From assembly GCA_951406725.2 (NCBI GenBank), contig OX597837.1, positions 15,004,001 through 15,068,000 of the forward strand: a stretch of 64,000 nt of DNA. The letters run 5' to 3'. This stretch comes from Octopus vulgaris. Taxonomy: Eukaryota. Shown in pieces: positions 54,324-64,000 of the stretch (position 1 is the first letter of the stretch; the number at the start of each line of letters is the position of its first letter). The translations under genes were made by a program, and so were the position numbers. The notes beneath the pieces were generated by a model. The model ran no database searches. It saw nothing but the letters and a program-made list of their open reading frames with translations, and was not told the origin of the DNA.

Positions 54324-55908
54324 TTTGTTTAAATCGAATTTGGTTTCAGGTGGTAGATATCAAAAGGCTTAAAAATCAAATCAATAGAATTTAGTTACTA
54401 TATAAGTTAAGATTAATCCTTTCCATGCCAACCTACTTGAAAGTAGCCTTGGTTCTGTGGTACAAAAATTACTTGTTTTAATTAAAAACCTTCAATCAAA
54501 GTTTTATGTTAATTTATGTTCCAAACATCAGATTAAATAATGACAGTTATTTAATTATATTTTTCATTATTTTCAAAATTAATTAAAACAAAGGCAATTT
54601 ATTTCAGCCAAAATATGGTAACAAAAGAACTAAACCTTTAATTTTTACGAGATATCTCTGTGTCATGAATTAAAGAGATTTCAAAAAGACGTTAACCCAA
54701 ATACGAGTGATGTCTTTTTTTGTGAACAACTGATTTTTTATAAATTGTTCTTATTGTGTGTGAAGTATTGTTGGCTAACTTGTTTATTAGAGTGTGTCCA
54801 TTTTCAGTGTAACTCACCTGTGAGTTGGCTTTGTTTCTGCGTGGGAAGGGACACAATCTTGTACAAAACCTGTCATAATCCTTGCTTATCAGAACTGGTT
54901 AGACATGATTCACAAACTGACAATAATAGATGTATGAGCTGAGAAACAATAGTGGAATTTATGTTGTCTTCACTAGTCTTAATAAGGAATTACACTAGTG
55001 TTTTGTGTAAGTCATTTGATTTTTAGAGGGAAAATTCACAGGCAAAGGTTACAAAGATGTTAGGTTTTATTAAACACATCGTTAAGATATTATGTGTGGT
55101 CAGCTATGTCAAGTGCTGTATGTAACACAATTTCACTGTGTGTGTGGGTGTATTGCATTGTCATTAAGGTGTGTTTCTCCTCTTTGGCTGCTTATTCCTT
55201 TGTCCATTCTTCCTCTCCTCCCCCCTCTCTCTCATCTGGAGAAAGTGACTGACCCTGGTCTTTTGCAGGCCCTCCTGAGACTAGGGGAGATTGAAAAGGG
55301 AGTAATGTGTCACTTAAATTGCAAATCAATAGCTACAGGAGAGAGGAAAAAAAACATATGCTGAGAGGGGAATTCCCAGGACTGGGAGTGGGGAGGGTTT
55401 TCTGCAGGAGGAGCTTCGGATGTAGTAGTTAGTGCAGGGCCTGGTCCAGGGATCACAATCATCATTGTCATTGTTTAACGTCCGCTTTCCATGCTAGCAT
55501 GGGTTGGACGATTTGACTGAGGGCTGGCGAACCAGATGGCTGCACCAGGCTCCAGTCTTGATCTGGCAGAGTTTCTACAGCTGGATGCCGTTCCTAACCC
55601 CAACCACTCCGAGAGTGTAGTGGGTGCTTTTTACGTGCCACTGGCACAGGTATGCATATTAAATTACTCTGTCACTACTGAACTTCTTTTTTTCTTTTCC
55701 TTGTGGCCAATTGAACATAAGAGGCTTTTGGCAGCAATGAAATTGAATTGGAACAAATAACATGTAGTCTACGAATACTTTCTCCAGTTTGTACAGCCAG
55801 AAGTGTGTGTGTGTGTGTAGCATGGACATGGGATTAAGAAGTTTACTTCTCACCCATCTGGTTTCAGGTTCAATCCCTCTGTTATAATGCCATCCTCTTA
55901 AATTTCAG

Positions 55909-56051
55909 GTGTGAATTCATTCAAGATGTTCCTTGCTTATAAAGATTCTTTCATGCTGGAAGATCATGAGTTGTATGAATCTTTTAAAGTTTGTAAAGAA
56001 CTCGGTTCCTTAGCAATGGTTCATGCTGAAAATGGTAAAATTATAGCTGAG
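55909..56051 (+). CDS. DPYS: DPYS/CRMP coding exon ([48 protein letters not shown])
   Basis: Acceptor atttcag|, donor GAG|gtgcgt; 143 nt, phase 1 to 0. Contains GVNSFK (carbamylated Lys) and VHAENG (metal-binding His). Confidence 0.97.
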
Positions 56052-58406
56052 GTGCGTATCATCTTCTTTCTAATTACTGTCTTTTAGTTTCCAATGGCTT
56101 TTTTGTTTGTTTTGGGGTTTTTTTACTGGGTTTGTGTGTGTGTGTGTATGCATGTGTGTATGTATAGATATATGTATATTATGTGTATATGTCATTTTAC
56201 ATCAGTAAGCTTTGTTTGTTGTGTCCACTAATTTAGCAGTTTGACCAATGGAGATGTGGAATAATGTGTCTTGCTCAAGGTCACAATGTGCTGGCTGGTC
56301 AAGGAATCAACCCATGAATTAAGGTTGTGAACCCAAAACTCTTACCATATTGGACCATACACCTTCACAGAGGATGACTTTAACTATTTCTACCTGAGAA
56401 AATATAAAACCGGTTCTGCAGACCAAGAGTGAAGAGAGTTCTTTAGACCTGTCCAGTGTGTGTCTTGTGATTTCCACCATTTGAGACAATCCCTGTTGTT
56501 GCTTTAACATCCACTTTGCCATGCCTGCATGGATCGGATGGATTTTGTTGAGGTATATTTTCTATGGCTTGAGGCCCTTTCTGCTGCCGTCCATCACTTG
56601 CTTCCAAGTGAGGCAATATTTCCCTATAACCAGACATATTTTCATGGAAGACCAGAAACTCACATCGTTTGCAAAACGATGACACTTGCATACAACTATT
56701 GTGCAATGTCAAGGCAAAGAGACAGTAACACACACCATCATCATCATCATCGTCATCATCCGCTTTCCATGCTGGCATGGGTTGGATGGTTTGACTGAGG
56801 ACTAGCAAGCCAGTATGCTGCAGCAGGCTCCAATCTGATCTGGCAGGGTTTCTACAGCTGGATGCCCTTCCTAATGCCAACCACTCTGAGAGTGTAGTGG
56901 GTGCTTTTATATGTGCCACTGGCACAGTGGCCAGTCAGGTGGCACTGGCATCAGGATTCTTTCAGCATTTGTTTACCAAATCCACTCACAGGGCTTTGGT
57001 CAGCCCAGGACTATAGTAGAAATCACTTGACCATGGTGCCATGCTGTGAAATCAAACCTGAAACCATGTTGTTGGAAAGCAAACTTCTTACCATGCAGCC
57101 ACGCCTGAATAAAACAGAAAACCAATGATGATGAGGAGGAGGAGGAAGAGGATATAAAAATGGAGTGGGGTGGGGTAAATAGATTAAAATATTTTGAACA
57201 CTTAATTAGGGAAAAATGGTTTACAGAGATTCCTCATAGAAGGCAAAACGAATGCAGATAATGTCACAAATTGACTTAAAATCCAATCAATGTATAAGGG
57301 TAGCATAAGGCAGAAGATGGCAATCTGTGGATTTCTAACTGTTAAGTATAGACATTACTTGGTGAAGGTAGTGGAAAAGGTGACAATGACTCTGGCAAAA
57401 TGGATTGAAATAGAAAATTTCAAGTGTTCGCTTAAAGCATTGTTTATGTGTTGTTTCTGTTTCTGTGGTTTTGTCATTTAAATGAATGAATAATAATTAA
57501 AACAATCTGGTGTATTTCATGGATGTTCCAGGAATGATGTTAAATGTCTTAACAAAAAAATACAACATAGAATTGGTATTTTCTGCAAGTCATGTTAGCT
57601 CAGTAAATAAGGTATGCCTCAACAAAAAAATAATTTCAAACCTGACATTTCTCACAAAAGATAGATTGATATATATATATAAAAACTGCTTTCTGCCGAG
57701 TTAAGAGCCATGAGATTTTGAGTGGATACCTCTGATTTTGGCAGAAAAAAATGGTTAGCCTAAGAATATGAGCCACAGTCGCATGGCTGAAACAAGTGAA
57801 AGAGTATGCAATATAAAATGGTTTTTGGTAAAATGTTGCCATCATATATATTCACTGGAATTTCAAAATAAAAAAAGAAAATTACACAATGGAAAATGGA
57901 GAGAAAAATTCTTTCATAAATTGAAAACAAAATATTTAATGAAATATTTTGTTCATTAAAAATGTAATTCTATTTTCTTCGTTATTTGTTTAAGATAAAA
58001 TTGCATTTCTTTCTGTAATAAAAACATGACGGGTCTTGTATGTTGATGATTCATGCTTGGATATTCTGGGATGACTCACTCCCAACTCACTTCTTTAGGC
58101 AGCAGCAGCAGCTAGAAGCTGCTGCTGCCATTAAAAACTGCTCTGAGCGTTATTACTATCCATTAGCTGTCTCATTTGTTGTAGTGGAAGTTCCTATGCG
58201 GTTTCTAACATGAAGTCATATTAAGGAAATTACTCAACATTGCACTTTAAAATGCAATCAATTTATTTGTTGGTTTTGATCAAATAGCGATGGTTTAAGT
58301 TGAGGATGGTTGGTTTGGTAATCTGTTGGTCTGTGTTTGGAAAGGAAATGAAATTATCAAATTTGATCATGAACAAACTGAATATATGAATTTACATGCA
58401 CATGAC

Positions 58407-58459
<53 letters not shown>

Positions 58460-58489
58460 AGAAGGTTGAAAAGGAACACACGAGTTGAT

Positions 58490-58684
58490 ATATATGGAAA
58501 AAAAGTCAAGGTAGAAAATGCTAAAATAATTTTATAAAAAGCATGTCAGTACCGGTTTCAGTCATTGAGACTTTTTCAACTCTAAGTATGGAAAACAATT
58601 AAATTTTAGAAAAATTAAAAGAAAAGTTTTTAAAAGAATATTTGTAAAATTATTTTAGCATTTTCTACCTAGACTTTTTTTTCC

Positions 58685-58690
<6 letters not shown>
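58490..58690 (-). mobile_element. Penelope-like pLTR remnant with ~50 bp inverted ends, within TA/CA microsatellites
   Basis: ggaaaaaaagtcaaggtagaaaatgctaaaataatttta (about 58496-58535) is the reverse complement of taaaattattttagcattttctacctagacttttttttcc (about 58645-58684). A hammerhead lies between the arms. Confidence 0.55.
58547..58583 (-). ncRNA. Type I minimal hammerhead motif, U3-A8 variant
   Basis: Minus strand reads AG-TTGAAAA-AGTC(TCAAT)GACT-GAAA-CCGG-TA-CT: stem II perfect, palindromic stem III ACCGGT, GUA triplet, short stem I. Confidence 0.6.
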
Positions 58691-58733
<43 letters not shown>

Positions 58734-59460
58734 CACACATACATACATACATATACACACATTGTTTGTTCAATATCAAATTTTATCCTTTCCTTTAAAA
58801 TATTGAAATAGAATGATTTTGTCTGTGTAAATAATTTGCATTAATGATTTTTTGGGGTCTTAATTTATACAGTTTAACCTACCTCACCTTTTATCAGGGT
58901 TACAGCTTGTCATATCGTTACCATCTGCTGACTATTCATTGTCTCTTCCAAACAGCTGTTCTTTATCTCCTTTGACCTGTCTTTTACTAAGCGCTAACAT
59001 ATCCCTACCGTTTTTTCTGAATACTCAGGTGATGAATAATATAACCATAATTAGAAAATCGTTTCTATTCATTCTGGGAGAAATGTGAATATCTGATCTG
59101 CCAGAACATATTTAAAATGTGGTTAAGGGTAGCTTGCTCCCTAACCATATGGCCTCAGGTTCAGTCCCACTGTGTGGCACCTTGGGCCAGTGCTGGACTG
59201 ACCAAAGCCTTGTAAGTGAATTTGGTAAATGGAAACTAGAAGAAGCCCATCGTGTGATGGCTCAAAATGAGCATCACCATCATACAAGCAATGTTGTTCA
59301 TTTCCAGTCTCCTGTGAAAACCGTGTCCAGTTAAGTGTACATGTGTCTGTGGAGTACTCAGCCACATGCCCATTATTTCCATGAGCAGGCTGTTCCATTG
59401 ATCGGATCAACTGGAACCCTCATCATCATAACTGATGGAGTGGCAGTTATATATGGTCCA

Positions 59461-59913
59461 TGGCACATAAAAGGCACCATTCAAGTATGATCATTACCAG
59501 CGTCGCCTTACTAGCACTTGTGCCCCGTGCTAGTAGGGTGCTAAGAGCACCATCCGAGTGTGATCGTTGCCAGAGCAGCCAACTGGCTTCCATGCCAGTG
59601 GAATGTAAAAGGCACCATTCGAGTGTGATCGTTATCTGTGTCGCCTTACTGGCACCTGTGCCAGTGGCATGTGTAAAAAGATGCGAGTGCGGTCATTGCC
59701 AGTACCGCCTGACCAGCCCCCGTGCCAGTGGCACGTAAAAAGCACCCACTACACTCTCGGAGTGGTTGGCATTAGGAAGGGCATCCAGCTGTAGAAACTC
59801 TGCTAGATTAAAATTGGTGCATGGTGCAGCCATCTGGTTTACCAGCCCTCAGTCAAATCGTCCAACCCATGCCAGCATCGAAAGCGGACGTTAAATGATG
59901 ATGATGATGATGA
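59461..59913 (+). mobile_element. Family B: RTE-type 3' tail repeat with (GAT)n end, preceded by internal ~65-70 bp tandem units
   Basis: GGCACGTAAAAAGCACCCACTACACTCTCGGAGTGGTTGGCATTAGGAAGGGCATCCAGC...GGACGTTAAATGATGATG. Variably 5'-truncated copies at about 9595, 27620, 30660, 41275, 49095 and 50895 (+), and 47085, 50315, 55465, 56740 and 63380 (-). The RTE assignment is inference from the tandem tail and 5' truncation. Confidence 0.75.
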
Positions 59914-61016
59914 TTAACCCTTTCCTGGCCATGACTTTAATGAAATAAACAGCTTCTCTATTTCAACTTATTTTGAAAGCAGTCAAGAGTCTCTGACAGC
60001 AATTAAGAAAATAAATGACTTCTTCATATTTATTAAGATGATATTTGAAACATCAAATTATAGGTTGTTTGGAATTTTGCCCTAAGAAAATTCGCTGCAA
60101 CAAATTTCATTTTAAATGACCTCATCACGTTTACGTAACGTTTGATGTTGACTACAGACTTGCCTCATTAATACTTTAAAACACTCTGTTATTAACTGAA
60201 TGAACCCTTTTAATTCAGTTAATAATAAACCACCTGAGGCAATCCTTGGCTCTATGACTCAAACTTCCTGTTTTAATGAGATCTTAATTAAAACCTTTCT
60301 TCAAAATTTCATTTTTAATTTCTGTTGCAAGGACCGGGTTAATAATTATTTTTACTAAACTCCTCGTTATTTTCAAAATTAATCACCACAGAGACCGTGT
60401 ATTTCATGAGAAATATGCTAACAGAAAGATTAACAGATTCCTTATTTTAGACTTGAATACTTTTACAATACATTTCTGGCAAAACATTGCTGTCGTGGCA
60501 ACTAAAATTCCTGTAGAATTTGGGTGGAAAATATTAAAATTGTGTTTGAATTTATCAATTCATGAATTTTCTTTTTTTCTTTTTCTTATTTGACATTATT
60601 CTTAGTATGTCCTATTATCAGAAAAAGAGCAACAGAAGTACTAAAAGCCATTATCTTTGGGCACACATACATGAACTTTTTATAACGTAGGTCCAGATCA
60701 ACCTTGGTCAAGCAGTTACATAAACAAAACCTCCCTTGCCATCGTTATCTTGTCTTTTCAATAGTATCTCGGACAACATTAACCTAGTATTCTCAAGTCT
60801 TTTTTTTTTCTCAGACTGTTGTGTGTGTGTTATGGGGGAGACTTGATTGCTGTGTGACACCAGTATCTGCCTCGACTGCAATTTTACTTGTCTTGATGGG
60901 TCTTCTTCTCATGCATGACGTAATGCCAGAGGTCTTGGTCATTACCTTTGTGAGGCCCAACACTCAAAAGGAACTCAGTCACTTTGCCTCCATGAGGCCC
61001 AATGCTCAAAATATAT

Positions 61017-61051
<35 letters not shown>

Positions 61052-61729
61052 GTATGCATACCCTTGTCGTGACTTCATGTCTTGGTTGTAAATGAGCAAC
61101 ACCCTCATACAAGTGCTGATGTTAGTTTCCAGTGTTCTGTGAAAACATGTCTGGCCTTGGGGAAATGTTACATTGCTTGGAAACGGGCAAGGGTTGGCAA
61201 CAGGAAGAGCATCCAGTCAGAGAAAATTTGCTTCAGCAAATTCCATCTGAGCCATGCAACAATAAATCAAGAATAAATGATGAATGATAGGAATGTTTTG
61301 TTGCAAGGGACAAGAGACAGAGAAGTGAGTGAGAGGCATGTAAGACGGGGGGAAACATTGGGGAAAAGACAGATTGGTCATGACTGGAATTCCTTGGATC
61401 GTAGGTGTGCTTGTTTGAAGTTGATCCTGAGCTAAACAGCAATAGCTTATCACCCACCGCATGGGAGTGATTATGTACATGTTCTCTTGATCAATACCAG
61501 AATCGATAATTCTGTGACAGTGATTGAAGTAATTGTAGCAAAACTAATGCCAAAATTGAAATTAATATGGATATAGAATGAATGTTTTTTTAACAATTCT
61601 TTTCTATTTCCAATGTAACAGCTGTGTGAGTCACGTTGTAACAAACAGGGAACTTAACTGTTTGGTGACCAGATGAAGTCAGAGTTTGACTGAACACATG
61701 GCAGCCAATGGCAGAAATGAATTAAGGGT

Positions 61730-62105
61730 ATTCTTTTACTTGTTTCTGTCATTTAACTGCGGCCATGCTGGAGTACCACCTTTAGTCGAGCAAATCAATC
61801 CCACGACTTATTCTTTGTAAGCCTAGTACTTATTCTATCGGTCTCTTTTTGCCGACCCACTAAGTGACAGGAATGTAAACACACCAATATCAGTTGTCAA
61901 ATGATGGTGGGGGGAACAAACACAGACACAAATACATATATATATATATATATATATATATGACAGGCTTCTTTCAGTTTCCATCTACCAAATCCACTCG
62001 CAAGGCTTTGTTCGGTCTGACGCTACAGTAGAAGCAACTTGCCCAAGATGCCATGCAGTGGGACTGAACCCAGAACCATGTAGTTGGGAAGCAAGCTTCT
62101 TAACA
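61730..62105 (-). mobile_element. SINE family A copy
   Basis: Reverse complement of the family A consensus, from tail (tcttttacttgtttc) to head (gaaccatgtagttgggaagcaagc). Confidence 0.88.
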
Positions 62106-62177
62106 CACACACATACATGTAACTGCACATGTACTGTTGGTGGTTTCTTTTCCTTTTCTGGACTTATCCCTTTCTCC

Positions 62178-62210
62178 TTTCTGATGAAGAGCTGTGCTTG
62201 AAACATCAAA
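62178..62210 (+). ncRNA. Hammerhead motif with CpG decay, same family as 29684
   Basis: TTT-CTGATGA-A-GAGC(TGT)GCTT-GAAACATC-AAA. Canonical core; the differences at CTCGAAACGTC are CpG transitions. Shares the 3' flank (ccgag..caa.ctaa.ac). Confidence 0.55.
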
Positions 62211-62334
62211 CTCTCTTTTTTCCCCGAGTGTCAAACTAAAACCTTTCTTGTGCACGTCCTCTTCTTTGTTAATGTTACTCATTTATTTCAATTGACTGCA
62301 TGTGTGTGTGTGGGGAGAGAGAGAGAGAGAGAGT

Positions 62335-62725
62335 GCAGGCATGGTTGTGTTACTTCCAACCCACATGGTTTCAGGTTCAGTCCTCCTATGTGACACCTGG
62401 ACAAGTGTCCTCTGTTGTAACCCTGAGCTTAAGAAAGAATCCCATCACATGCACACACACATATATGTACGTGTGTGTGTGTGTTACTGTCTTCTTGCCA
62501 TGATATTGCATAATAGTTGTAAACAAGTGTCACCAACATACAAGTGGTGTTGTTCCTTTCCAGTCATCTGTGAAAACACTTCTGGTCATGGGGAAATATT
62601 ACCTTATTTGAGAACAGGTAAGTGTTGGTGAATGGGAAGGCATCCAGCCATAGAAAATCCACCTCAATGAATTCCATCTGACCCATGCCTGCATGGAAAA
62701 GTGAACACCAAACTACTGATGATGA
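62335..62725 (+). mobile_element. SINE family E: family-A head plus a different body and (GAT)n tail
   Basis: Head as in family A, then ...GGGGAAATATTACCTT.TTGG.AACAGGT.AG.GTTGG.GA..GGAAGGGCATCCAGC...GACCCATGC.AGCATGGAAAAGTG. Copies at about 12500-12845, 34245-34540 and 41415-41830 (+), and 11150-11510, 14750-15110, 30100-30470, 35100-35480 and 56495-56730 (-). Confidence 0.8.
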
Positions 62726-62846
62726 GGAGTTCAGTGGTGGATGATGCTTAAAAAGAAACAGGGACAGAATTTTTCTTAAACCAGTCAATTATTTCTTTTG
62801 TTTCAATATCTCTTAATAATCTCCCTCGTTGTGTTTGCAATTACAG

Positions 62847-62915
62847 AAATCTAAGGAATTGATCGCTATGGGTATCACAGGGCCAGAAGGACATGAAATG
62901 TGTCGACCTGAAGAG
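62847..62915 (+). CDS. DPYS: DPYS/CRMP coding exon (KSKELIAMGITGPEGHEMCRPEE); gene continues beyond the window
   Basis: Acceptor ttacag|, donor GAG|gtaagt; 69 nt, phase 0 to 0. GITGPEGH..RPEE signature. Confidence 0.96.
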
Positions 62916-63337
62916 GTAAGTCATCTATCTCCATTTTTAAATCTCTCTCTAAATATTTTGGCAAATTTTCTTTTCTTTTCAATGAAAAATATCAAAGAAC
63001 TTCAACTTGGTACCTTTCAGTTAAACTCTAAAAGCAAGGATAATAAAGTGACAAGAATGGAGAAAGAACCAGACAAAATGCTTCAGGGTATTTTGTCCTG
63101 ACCATTTATGTTCTGAATCCAAATCACATTGATATTAGTTTCGCCTTTCATCCTTCCATGTCTGGCAAAATAAAGCACTGATGATGGACGATGAGGCAGA
63201 GATGTCATTGACTATGTCCTCTCCCCAACAAAATTTGTGGCCTTGCACCTGTCTTAGAACCATTAATTATTCCCTGGAATTATAGTATTTTATGTATCAT
63301 TTAAATGAATTTTTACATATAAATAATTTCAGGTTTG

Positions 63338-63380
<43 letters not shown>

Positions 63381-64000
63381 CATCCTCATTGTTTAACGTC
63401 CGTTTTCCATGCTGGCATGGGTTGGATGGTTCAACTGGGGTCTGGAAAGCCAGGAGGCTTCACCTGACTCCAGTCTGATCTGGCAATGTTTCTACAGCTT
63501 GGTGCCCTTCCTAACACCAACCACTCCAAGAGTGTAGTGGGTTCTCTGACATATATATATATATATACTCCCCCACCTGGACGGGGTGCTGGTCCATTGT
63601 AGGAGTATCTGTTTTTACCAGTAGAGTGGACTAGTCCAATGTCAAATGAAGTGTTTCACCCAAGAACACAACATACCGTTTGGTCCAGGAATCAAAACCA
63701 CAATCTTACAGTCATGAGTCTATATTCTTTTAGGGGTAACACCCTTCGCTTGAAAGTAAGGAACCCTAGTCTCCTCAGTTTTCACTTTCTCAATCTTACT
63801 CAAAAGCTTAAACGAATTGGCTGCTGTCGTACGTGTGTTTAGGTCTAAAAAGTCCAGGAAAACTCTCAGTTCCAAATTATGAAAATGAGGGATAGGAGGC
63901 AAAGCCCTGACAGAAGTATTCGATTATGCTAACAGGAACTGTAGACGGCCAACTGGTTAAGATGTTTGTCTTGTAATCACCAGGAGAATGCTTCAACCCC

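Noticed and set aside
59461-59745. CRISPR-like repeat array
   Set aside because: Units are contiguous and degenerate with no unique spacers, there are no cas genes, and the context is eukaryotic.

Overview
Eukaryotic, AT-rich, microsatellite- and SINE-dense DNA, not prokaryotic. The repeat families look like those of an Octopus (coleoid cephalopod) genome; this is recognition from memory, not a search. The only protein-coding gene I can support is the 5' part of a + strand dihydropyrimidinase/CRMP-family gene (DPYS-like). It has six phase-compatible GT-AG exons between 43136 and 62915, keeps the metal ligands seen so far (DxHxH, SFK, VHAEN), and continues past the window end. A CpG-rich block at about 1-4.7 kb contains a correctly spaced TATA+Inr and is a plausible promoter. 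A candidate in-frame upstream coding exon lies at 38854-38940. The rest is intron filled with tRNA-derived SINEs, RTE-type 3' tails, piggyBac/hAT/pogo MITEs and a mariner remnant. The most unusual signal is a set of about ten type I hammerhead-ribozyme motifs from several families, probably Penelope-like pLTR or retrozyme remnants. They include one near-intact copy, a U3-A8 compensatory core variant and a repeated CUGUUGA variant. There are also several near-perfect fold-back hairpins. Almost all ORFs in the supplied track are repeat or microsatellite artefacts. Repeat boundaries are read by eye and are approximate.
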